A stretch of 64,000 bases of DNA from Planctomycetota bacterium. GTDB lineage: Bacteria > Planctomycetota > SZUA-567 > H5-PLA8. The translations under genes and the position numbers were made by a program. Below, one piece after another: positions 56,069 through 64,000 of this stretch. The first letter of the stretch is position 1. Each line of letters begins with the position of its first letter. The stretch spans positions 1-64,000 of the forward strand of contig JBBRPR010000018.1 in the NCBI GenBank assembly GCA_038227875.1, in the 5' to 3' direction. The notes under the pieces are model-generated. The model had not been told where the DNA came from. It was given only the letters and a program-made list of their open reading frames with translations, and searched no databases.

Positions 56069-57701
56069 CGAACTGCTCCTTTCCTTCCACATAGGTGTAC
56101 GCTTCGTCCGTGACCACGGGCGTGACATCAAAATTGTGCGTCTTCGGCGGCGAGTGCGTCTGCCACTCCAGACCCGTCGCCTGCCACGGATTCGATCCGG
56201 CCGGCTTGCCGTACTTCAGTGACCAGAGCAGATAGCAGAGCGGCAACACGTAGCCGACAGCAAGAATCGATGCGCCGGCCGTCGACATCACGTGGTAGAT
56301 CTGAAACTCCGGCGGGTACTCGTGGTAGCGTCGCGGCATGCCCAGGTAGCCAAGAATGAATTGCGGAAAGAAAGTGAGATTGAAGCCGACAAAAATAATC
56401 AGCGCGGAGAAGCGGCCCCACCATTCGGGGTACAACTTTCCCGACATCTTCGGCCACCAGTAATGAATCCCGCCGAGATACGCCATCACCGCGCCGCCGA
56501 CCATGATGTAATGAAAATGCGCGATGACGAAATACGTGTCGTGAACGTGAACGTCGATGCCCAGCGCGGCGAGAAGCAGTCCGGTCAGCCCGCCGATCGT
56601 GAATAGGCCGATGAAACCCAGCGCATAGAGCATCGGCGTATCCCACGCAATCGAACCGCGGTGCAGCGTCGCTGTCCAATTGAAGACCTTGATGGCTGAG
56701 GGAATGGCGACGAGATAACTGAGCAGCGAAAAGACCAGGCCGCCGTACATCGATTGACCTGAAACAAACAGGTGATGTCCCCACACCAAAAAACCGAGCA
56801 CGGCGATGGCCACGCTGGAGAGCGCAATGAACGAATAGCCAAACGGCCTGCGCCGCGAGAAGCAGGAGATCAATTCACTAACCACGCCCATGGCCGGAAG
56901 GATCATGATGTAGACCGCGGGGTGCGAGTAAAACCAGAAGAGATGCTGAAAGAGCAGCGGGTCGCCGCCGATCGACGGATCGAAAATGCCGATGTGAAAA
57001 ACACGCTCGATCCCAACCATTGTCAGCGTGATGGCCAGCACCGGCGTGGCGAGCACGAAAACAATGCTGGTGGCGTACATCGACCAGATGAACAGCGGCA
57101 AGCGGCTCCAGGTCAATCCCGGCGCGCGCATGCGATGAATGGTGACGATGAAATTCAGGCCCGTCAAAATCGACGAGAAGCCATTGATGAAAATTCCGAT
57201 TACCGCCAGCATCACATGGCTATTGGAAAACATGCTGCTGTACGGCGTGTAGAACGTCCAGCCCGTGTCGACGCCGCCAAGGACGATCGAGGCAATCGTC
57301 AGCGCGGCGCTGAACATGTAGATGTACCAGCTCGCCAGATTCAGCTTCGGAAATGCCAGGTCGCGCGCGCCGATCATCAGCGGCACCAGGAAATTCCCGA
57401 GCACCGCGGGGATCGACGGAATCAGGAAAAACCAGACCATGATCACGCCGTGAATCGTGAAAAGCTTATTGTACGTCTCGTTGCTGACCAGATCGGCCTG
57501 CGGCGTCATCAACTCGAGGCGGAAAATCACCGCCGCCGCCCCGCCCAGGAAAAAGAAAAACGTGATCGCCAGAAGATAGAGAATCGCGATGCGTTTGTGA
57601 TCGGTCGTGAGCAGCCACGATTTCAGGCTGTAGCCTTCCTCCACAAACGTGCCCGGATGCGGCGGATAATCTGCCACGCGCTCAGCGGTAGTCGCGCTCA
57701 T
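56061..57701 (-). CDS. ctaD: Cytochrome c oxidase subunit I (A2-type)
   Basis: [40 protein letters not shown]. Confidence 0.97.
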   Translation of the reverse strand: MSATTAERVADYPPHPGTFVEEGYSLKSWLLTTDHKRIAILYLLAITFFFFLGGAAAVIFRLELMTPQADLVSNETYNKLFTIHGVIMVWFFLIPSIPAVLGNFLVPLMIGARDLAFPKLNLASWYIYMFSAALTIASIVLGGVDTGWTFYTPYSSMFSNSHVMLAVIGIFINGFSSILTGLNFIVTIHRMRAPGLTWSRLPLFIWSMYATSIVFVLATPVLAITLTMVGIERVFHIGIFDPSIGGDPLLFQHLFWFYSHPAVYIMILPAMGVVSELISCFSRRRPFGYSFIALSSVAIAVLGFLVWGHHLFVSGQSMYGGLVFSLLSYLVAIPSAIKVFNWTATLHRGSIAWDTPMLYALGFIGLFTIGGLTGLLLAALGIDVHVHDTYFVIAHFHYIMVGGAVMAYLGGIHYWWPKMSGKLYPEWWGRFSALIIFVGFNLTFFPQFILGYLGMPRRYHEYPPEFQIYHVMSTAGASILAVGYVLPLCYLLWSLKYGKPAGSNPWQATGLEWQTHSPPKTHNFDVTPVVTDEAYTYVEGKEQFVG

Positions 57702-58654
57702 GGCTTGACCTCCGTGCTTTCAGGTCGTTTCGCTGACGCGAGCGACTTAATGTACGCGATCAGTTGAATGACTTGTTCCTCAGAGAGAATGCCTTTGTAG
57801 GCGGGCATCACTGTCGTGTACCCGGCAGCAATTTGCGCGCTGGGTTGCAGGATGGAATTGCGCAGGTAATTGTCATCCGCGAACACGACTGTGCCGTCGC
57901 TGAGTTTCACGTTGCTACGGTAGAGACCTGCCAAAGTTGGGCCGTGCTGTCCGTGGCACGTGTCGCAGGCGAACGTGTGAAAGAGCGCCGCGCCGGCTTC
58001 AGCGGCGGGAACATCGGGCGTGCCCGACGCGAGCCATTCAGCGTAGCGCACCGGCTCCATGACGTACACCCAGCCGATCATTTTGGAATGCTCGGTGCCG
58101 CAATATTGACTGCAGAAGAAATGGTATTTTCCAACTTTGGTCGGAGTGAACCATTCCTGCGTGTACGTTCCGGGCAGCGCATCCTTTTTCGTGCGAAATG
58201 CCGGCACGTAAAAATCGTGGATCACATCCATCGACGTCAGGATCAAGCGCACCGGTTTTCCCAGCGGCAAATGCAGTTCGTTGATCTCACGCTTGCCTTC
58301 GGGATGTTGAATCTTCCACATCCATTGCTTGCCGACGACGTACACGTCCATGGCATCGGGCGGCGGCGTCTGCTCTTGGATAAAAATTCGCGCGCCCCAG
58401 CCGAAGAGACCAAGTGCGATGACCAGCGGCGTGATCGTCCAGATCAGCTCCAGGCGTAGCGCTCCGTGAACGGGTTTGGGTGTCGGAACTTCACCCGGCT
58501 TGCGGCGATAGCGCACGGCAAAATAAAGAATGCATCCGCCGATCCCGAGGATCAGGACTGCGCTGAACCCCAGCAAACAAAAGTAGAGCAGGTCCACTTC
58601 ACCAGCGATGGACGACGCCTGCTCGGGAACAAAGCGGAACGATTCGGGATTCAT
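57698..58654 (-). CDS. ctaC: Cytochrome c oxidase subunit II with fused cytochrome c (caa3)
   Basis: QWMW, DVIH, Cu[14 protein letters not shown]-terminal CDTCH...MP. Confidence 0.95.
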   Translation of the reverse strand: MNPESFRFVPEQASSIAGEVDLLYFCLLGFSAVLILGIGGCILYFAVRYRRKPGEVPTPKPVHGALRLELIWTITPLVIALGLFGWGARIFIQEQTPPPDAMDVYVVGKQWMWKIQHPEGKREINELHLPLGKPVRLILTSMDVIHDFYVPAFRTKKDALPGTYTQEWFTPTKVGKYHFFCSQYCGTEHSKMIGWVYVMEPVRYAEWLASGTPDVPAAEAGAALFHTFACDTCHGQHGPTLAGLYRSNVKLSDGTVVFADDNYLRNSILQPSAQIAAGYTTVMPAYKGILSEEQVIQLIAYIKSLASAKRPESTEVKP

Positions 58655-59478
58655 GGGTGCCCCCGGGCAGTCTGCACCGCGGGAACGAGCCTCATGCGCC
58701 GTTCGCGGCGCAACGAGATGAAAATGAAAACGGCAAGCGCCAGCACGGTGGCCACCCCGCCCGCTCGAATCGCGGTGAGGACAGCGAACCCGTACTTTCC
58801 CGTCGCCGGATCGTAGCGGTAGCAGAAAAGCAGCACCTGATCGCTGAGCGTGCCGATGGAATTCTGCGACGCCTCCACCAACGCGAGGCGCAGGTCACGC
58901 GCGGAAAAATCGATGCCGAGAAAATATTTGGAGACTTTGCCCTGCGGTGTAAGCAAAACGATGCCGCTGGGATGTATGTACTGCCGCGCGGTGGGATCGT
59001 AGATGAAACGATAACCGACGCTCTGCGTCAGGAGGCGAATCGATTCGGCATCGCCGGTGAGAAAATGCCAGCCGTCGGCGGTTCCGGGACGCCGGTAGGC
59101 GTGCAGGTATTCGATCTTCTTTTTTGCGGCGAGCTCCGAGCGCTCGGTGGGATCTATGCTGACGAACACAATGGAATAATCGGTTCCCGCGTCGAGCGAA
59201 AGAACGCGCAGGCAACTGGTCAACCCATCTAGCACCGCGGTGCAGAGCATCGGGCAACCGTAATATCCCAGCACCAGAATCGTTGGCTTGTTGGTCGGAC
59301 AGAAATCGCGCAGCGGCGCCGATTTTCCGGACTCGTCACGAAACACGAGCGTCAGCGGAACGTCCGCGTTCAGCTTCTGATCAAAGCCGACGTCGCGCAG
59401 GATGTTTTCCTGAACCGTCTGCGCGCCCAGTGCTGGAGCACTCGCCAGCACGAACACCACGAGAAGTCGGAGACTCAT
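58651..59478 (-). CDS. SCO1/SenC copper chaperone
   Basis: CPMLC, SIDP, WHFLTG, conserved His; operon context. Confidence 0.92.
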   Translation of the reverse strand: MSLRLLVVFVLASAPALGAQTVQENILRDVGFDQKLNADVPLTLVFRDESGKSAPLRDFCPTNKPTILVLGYYGCPMLCTAVLDGLTSCLRVLSLDAGTDYSIVFVSIDPTERSELAAKKKIEYLHAYRRPGTADGWHFLTGDAESIRLLTQSVGYRFIYDPTARQYIHPSGIVLLTPQGKVSKYFLGIDFSARDLRLALVEASQNSIGTLSDQVLLFCYRYDPATGKYGFAVLTAIRAGGVATVLALAVFIFISLRRERRMRLVPAVQTARGHP

Positions 59479-59969
59479 GGCTTGACCTCCGGGGTTTGCG
59501 GCGTCGTCCCGCGAATGAGGCCAGCATCAGTATCGGCGCCGGGCTTGTCAGAGTCGAACATCGGCAATCCCCGTTGACTCACAAGTTCGATGGCGCGCGA
59601 CACCGGAACGCGGGTGATCCCGGCCTTTCGATCGATCCATCCATATGTTGTCAGCCGCGCCGATTCCGCTTTCCGAATAGTCTCGAGGTCCGCGGCCTCG
59701 TCGATTTGAAGACGAGGTTCGGGAGGCAAATCGAAATGCGTGGCAACCCCCTGCGTGTGCGCGCCAGGATTGGGCTTCGCATCCATGTAATTGAGTCCCG
59801 CCAGATAAATCCAGAGCACGCCGTGAGTCAGCAGCACTACCGCAAGCAACGCGAGCGCCGTCCAGAAAATCGCACGGGGCGACACATCGCTCGCTTCGTG
59901 CCGGTGTTCCCCCGGCGGAAGATGCTGGATCCCCGGAGCATTTGCGGGAGTCGGCGCTGGCGTGGGCAT
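59475..59969 (-). CDS. ACIII-associated single-TM protein (ActG-like)
   Basis: HE.SDV, TM, PP.PRLQ, L..YGW.D...G..R.P...A; TGATG coupling to actF. Confidence 0.75.
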   Translation of the reverse strand: MPTPAPTPANAPGIQHLPPGEHRHEASDVSPRAIFWTALALLAVVLLTHGVLWIYLAGLNYMDAKPNPGAHTQGVATHFDLPPEPRLQIDEAADLETIRKAESARLTTYGWIDRKAGITRVPVSRAIELVSQRGLPMFDSDKPGADTDAGLIRGTTPQTPEVKP

Positions 59970-61147
59970 CACTGACCCTCCGCAAGTGTGATCGGCGCGA
60001 GCACGTTTGGAAATTCCGGAGCGCGCACAGGAAGGATCCGGCGCCGCTGAATCAGCCATGCGAACTGCGCGAGCCAAAGACCACCGATGCCACAGAATGC
60101 CGCGATGTACGCGACATGAAATTCCATCCCGTGCAATTGAAAGGCAGGAGCTTGCAGCCAATACGCATTCAAAATTTGCGAAACAAATACAAGCACAGCA
60201 ACGCGCGCCAGCCGCCGCGGGTCGCGTTTTCGCGCGCGGAAGAGCAGCAGGAAAAATGGAACGACGAAGGCTATCGCGAACAGTATCGCGGCGACGATGG
60301 TCCAGCCGCCTTCCAACCGGGACAAATACCACGCAATTTCAATCTCTGCGTTCCCAGACCAGATCACGATCAACTGCGCGAAATTGAGGTATGCCCAGAA
60401 AAAAACGAACGTAAAAAGCAGCGATCCGAGGTCGTGAAAGCGTTGCGCGTTCAGCGCCGGCGCCCCCGCCGGGTCATCGGCGATCAGCGCGGCTATCACC
60501 GTGACGAACGCGAAACTGGAAGCGGCCTGGCCGGACATGACCATCAACGGATAAATGGACGAATACCAATGAGGCTCCAGTGACATCAGCCAATCCATCC
60601 ACGCGAACGACCCGCTGAGAATCAGCAGTACAATTCCGGGACCGCTCAGAGCGACCAATTGTTGGGTGGGACGCGGCGATGCGGTGCGGTCTTGCGTGCT
60701 CGAACCTCTGAAGAAAAGCCACGCCAGCACGCTCCAAAGCGCGAGATAGCCGGCGGCGCGAAGGCTGAAGAATGCAGGATTGAGGTAGTTGGACTTGTGA
60801 AGCAACACGGGATCCGCGGCAAGAATCTCGGGCCTAGCCCAAATGTAGACGGCGGGCAATCGCGTGAGTATCGGCAGAAAGGCGAAGGCCATCAGCGGCA
60901 TGGTCATTGCGCCTGCCTCAAAAATGCGGCGCGTCGCCACGCCCCACGCACCGCCCATGGCGTAGTGAAACAGCAGGATGGCCAGGCTGCCGAGACTCAT
61001 GCCGATCCAAAATTCAAACCCGAACAACCAGCCGCGCAAAAACGAGTCGGGATCAAAGCTGAGACTCGCCAGTGCAACGGCGATCCCGATCACACCCAGC
61101 ATGATTCCAATGCGGAACATCAGCGGAAATAATCGAGCGCAGCTCAT
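59969..61147 (-). CDS. actF: Alternative complex III subunit ActF
   Basis: Multi-TM; DW.MSL.PHW.S, DLG.L.F.F..FWAY..F.Q..IW..N..E..WY..R. Confidence 0.88.
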   Translation of the reverse strand: MSCARLFPLMFRIGIMLGVIGIAVALASLSFDPDSFLRGWLFGFEFWIGMSLGSLAILLFHYAMGGAWGVATRRIFEAGAMTMPLMAFAFLPILTRLPAVYIWARPEILAADPVLLHKSNYLNPAFFSLRAAGYLALWSVLAWLFFRGSSTQDRTASPRPTQQLVALSGPGIVLLILSGSFAWMDWLMSLEPHWYSSIYPLMVMSGQAASSFAFVTVIAALIADDPAGAPALNAQRFHDLGSLLFTFVFFWAYLNFAQLIVIWSGNAEIEIAWYLSRLEGGWTIVAAILFAIAFVVPFFLLLFRARKRDPRRLARVAVLVFVSQILNAYWLQAPAFQLHGMEFHVAYIAAFCGIGGLWLAQFAWLIQRRRILPVRAPEFPNVLAPITLAEGQ

Positions 61148-61728
61148 GGCGCGGAGTCCTCAAGCCGCGTTTGGAAATCCGGCGGGACATCGTCGCGTTC
61201 GGCGTGCTGGCTGAGTTGCAGAACCCGGATGTACGCGGCGATTGCCCAGCGGTCTTCCACGGAAACGCGCGAGGCCGCCGGGTACATGGCGCCTTTGCCA
61301 TAGGTCATCACGAAAACGAAATGTCCGATCGGCGCATTGCGCAGCGCTGCGCTGTGATAGGACGGTGGCGGAGAAAATCCGCGCTGCACCACGACGCCGT
61401 GGCCGTATCCGTCCCGGCCATGGCACATCGCACAGTGAATTTCAAAGCGCTCCTGGCCGCGCTGAAGAGTTTCGGCGGTGATGGGCATCGGCGGCTTAGT
61501 CGCCAATTTCCCATCGGGTTGGACGCCTGTGAAATACACGCTGTCGTGATTGGCTGAACCGCGCTCCACGGTGTTGGGGACGCGTGGGCGTGACGACGCG
61601 CCATCGGCAAATGCCGGCGATGGATCCAGTGGCTTGTACGCGCCCGAATGTCCCATGGGCTGACCACAACCGCACGCGGCGACGCCAATCAGCGCAAGGA
61701 GCGCGAGGTTAAGCACGCGGGGCGTCAT
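61144..61728 (-). CDS. actE: Alternative complex III monoheme cytochrome c ActE
   Basis: Lipoprotein-like N-term, RG.ERF...CAMCHG, RWAI.AY.R.LQ. Confidence 0.9.
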   Translation of the reverse strand: MTPRVLNLALLALIGVAACGCGQPMGHSGAYKPLDPSPAFADGASSRPRVPNTVERGSANHDSVYFTGVQPDGKLATKPPMPITAETLQRGQERFEIHCAMCHGRDGYGHGVVVQRGFSPPPSYHSAALRNAPIGHFVFVMTYGKGAMYPAASRVSVEDRWAIAAYIRVLQLSQHAERDDVPPDFQTRLEDSAP

Positions 61729-62261
61729 GCCGGCACCTCATGCACAGAAACGGCGCCGAGACTTTCCGTGAATGCGCGCGTGGCGATGGCATCGAATTTC
61801 GGGTCGAGTTTTTCGATGCAGAGAAAAAAGTGATCTCGCTGTGCGCGGGAGAACTCTGGTACGTTGAACAACGGGTGGTACGGCATCGGCAGTCGGTTGG
61901 CGACCAGCATGCCCAGCACCGCGCCCAGCGCAGCGAAGAGAATCGTCATTTCAAACGTGACGGGAATGAACGCCGGCCAGCTGTTCAACGGGCGGCCGCC
62001 GACGTTGATCGGGTAGTCGAATTTCGCGAGGTAGTACTGCATCAGAAAACCTGTCGATGCTCCGAACAAACCACAGCACAACACGAAGTTCTGCAGGCGC
62101 GACGGAGGCTTGCCGAGCGCGTCGGTCAGACCGTCGACTGGAAAGGGTGTGTACGCTTCAATGCGGCGATAACCGGCGTCGTGCGCCCTTTTTGCCGCAG
62201 AGAGAATGGCTTCGACGGATTCGAATTCAGCGACAAGGCCATAGAGATCTTCCGGTGCCAT
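61725..62261 (-). CDS. actD: Alternative complex III subunit ActD (DUF3341)
   Basis: AY.PFPV.G, YP.N.GG.P, P.F.P..FE.T.L. Confidence 0.9.
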   Translation of the reverse strand: MAPEDLYGLVAEFESVEAILSAAKRAHDAGYRRIEAYTPFPVDGLTDALGKPPSRLQNFVLCCGLFGASTGFLMQYYLAKFDYPINVGGRPLNSWPAFIPVTFEMTILFAALGAVLGMLVANRLPMPYHPLFNVPEFSRAQRDHFFLCIEKLDPKFDAIATRAFTESLGAVSVHEVPA

Positions 62262-62266
62262 GGCGA

Positions 62267-63646
62267 TTATTCCCCCGCCGCCGTGGCATGAGGTTCAGCC
62301 GATTTTTCATGGACGAGCTTGCGGACTTCCGACATCGAAATCATTGGCAGCACACGAATGAACATCAGGAACAGAAAGAGGAACAACCCCATCGAACCGA
62401 TGAACGTGGCCCAATCCCAGAACGTCGCGTGATAGTCGTGCCACTTGGACGGCATGAATTCGCGGTGAAGGCTTTGCACCACAATCATGAACCGCTCGGC
62501 CCACATGCCGACATTTACCAGGATCGCAATCGAAAAGAGAAGCGCTTCGTTTTTTCGCACGCTGGGTGACCAGAGCGCTTGCGGAATCAGCACGTTGCAA
62601 GCGAGCACGACCCAGAATACGTAGCCGTAGTGACCCAGCGCGCGATCAAATTGCATGTAATGCTCGTAGATGTCACCGCTGTAGAATCCGGCCAGAAAAA
62701 TTTCCATGGTGTAGCCGTACGCAACCATCAGGCTGGTCGCCAACAGCAGCTTGGCCATGCAGTCGAGGTGGCGCCGTGTAATCAACGCCTCGAGCGCATA
62801 GATGCGCCGCAGCGGAATGGCCAGGGTTAGCACCATCGCAAACCCGGAGAAAATCGCGCCGGCAACGAAGTACGGCGGAAAGATCGTGGAGTGCCAGCCG
62901 GGCACAATTCCGGCCGCAAAATCAAGACTGACGACCGTGTGCACGGAGATGACCAGCGGCGCGGCCAGCCCGGCCAGCAGTCGGTACGCATTTTCGTAGC
63001 GTTCCCAATGCGTCGCCGATCCGCGCCAGCCCAGCGCCAGTATGCCGTAGATCGTTCGTGCAAATCTGTTTCTGGCGTGTTCGCGCATCGTGGCGAGATC
63101 GGGAATCAAACCCACGTACCAGAACAGCAGTGAAACGGTCAGGTACGTCGACACGGCGAAGAAGTCCCAGACCAGCGGGCTGCGAAAATTCGGCCAGATC
63201 GACATTGTGTTCGGATACGGTGCGATCCAGTAAAAGTAGATCGGGCGGCCCAGATGCAGCAGTGGAAACAGTCCCGCGCAGGCGACGGCAAAGAGCGTCA
63301 TCGCTTCCGCGAAGCGGTTGATCGAAGTCCGCCACTGCTGATGCAGCAGCAGGAGAAATGCGGAGATCAACGTCCCGGCGTGGCCGATGCCGATCCAGAA
63401 GACAAAATTGACGATGGCAAATCCCCAGGCCACCGGAATGTTGATGCCCCAAATGCCGACGCCGCGAATCAAGACATTGGCAATCGCGAACAACAGCAAT
63501 CCGACGATCAGCAGCGACACTGAGATCAGCAGCAACCATCCCGGCTTGAAATTCTTCGTGAGTACCAGCGACGTGATTTTGTCGGTCACTGACGCGTAAG
63601 TCTGGCCGGGAGCGAGCACCTCTTCAGTGACTTCGCTGGAGTTCAT
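62267..63646 (-). CDS. actC: Alternative complex III subunit ActC (NrfD/PsrC family)
   Basis: [47 protein letters not shown] overlap with actB. Confidence 0.93.
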   Translation of the reverse strand: MNSSEVTEEVLAPGQTYASVTDKITSLVLTKNFKPGWLLLISVSLLIVGLLLFAIANVLIRGVGIWGINIPVAWGFAIVNFVFWIGIGHAGTLISAFLLLLHQQWRTSINRFAEAMTLFAVACAGLFPLLHLGRPIYFYWIAPYPNTMSIWPNFRSPLVWDFFAVSTYLTVSLLFWYVGLIPDLATMREHARNRFARTIYGILALGWRGSATHWERYENAYRLLAGLAAPLVISVHTVVSLDFAAGIVPGWHSTIFPPYFVAGAIFSGFAMVLTLAIPLRRIYALEALITRRHLDCMAKLLLATSLMVAYGYTMEIFLAGFYSGDIYEHYMQFDRALGHYGYVFWVVLACNVLIPQALWSPSVRKNEALLFSIAILVNVGMWAERFMIVVQSLHREFMPSKWHDYHATFWDWATFIGSMGLFLFLFLMFIRVLPMISMSEVRKLVHEKSAEPHATAAGE

Positions 63647-64000
63647 ACACGCGTCTCCGCGACGTCCTTGATTTCTGGATTCGGATTGCGGATCCGCGCC
63701 AGATATGTCGTGCGCGGGCGCGTGTTCAGTTCTTCCAACAGACCGTAGTTCAGCGGTGAGGCTTTCAGCTTCGCGACGCGACTGGCGGCATCGTTGATGT
63801 CGCCGAAGACGATGGCTTCGCTCGGGCACGCCTGCGCACACGCCGGAGTGATCTCGCCGTCCCGCAGCGCTCGGTGTTCGATTTCCGAACCGATGCGCGC
63901 GCGGGAGATGCGTTGCACGCAGTACGTGCACTTTTCCATGACGCCACGCTCGCGCACCGTGACTTCCGGATTGGCGCGCAGCCGCAGCGCGGGGTCGTTC
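63643..64000 (-). CDS. actB: Alternative complex III subunit ActB, C-terminal Fe-S part (partial)
   Basis: [22 protein letters not shown]...AC..ACP..AI.FGD; continues beyond the window. Confidence 0.9.
   Translation of the reverse strand, partial: NDPALRLRANPEVTVRERGVMEKCTYCVQRISRARIGSEIEHRALRDGEITPACAQACPSEAIVFGDINDAASRVAKLKASPLNYGLLEELNTRPRTTYLARIRNPNPEIKDVAETRV

Overview
GC-rich bacterial chromosomal segment, most likely from a Planctomycetota/PVC-type organism (DUF1549/DUF1553 + Tat-DUF1501 pair, planctomycete-style ECF sigma/anti-sigma pairs and Ser/Thr kinase); taxonomy is inferred from gene families only. The first ~1.9 kb is the decayed right end of an integrative element (TPP-enzyme fragment, FAD-oxidoreductase stub, N-truncated tyrosine integrase) abutting the 3' end of a tRNA-Arg with the uncommon GCG anticodon. 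The rest is mostly core/accessory chromosome: a PAS kinase, two ECF/anti-sigma cassettes, hisD-GNAT-hisC-hisB, a PP2C phosphatase, a matrixin, a Ser/Thr kinase, clpC, radA, an AraC/ADP-ribosylhydrolase/PhyH cluster, clpS-VWA, two RlaP-like nucleotidyltransferases, and an alternative complex III + caa3 oxidase operon that runs off the right edge. Signals not visible in the ORF track: (1) about ten intergenic fold-back elements whose inverted arms are tandem 7-mers or 9-mers, with a different 7-mer at nearly every locus; most are ~130-145 bp long and two enclose a small AT-richer orphan gene like a cassette; (2) a 19-aa His-rich leader peptide with its own sigma70 promoter upstream of hisD; (3) an anti-sigma factor whose outer domain is a GspG-like pseudopilin head; (4) a matrixin that looks like a two-part polyprotein with an internal signal peptide. 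All family assignments come from motif recognition by eye; no database searches were run.
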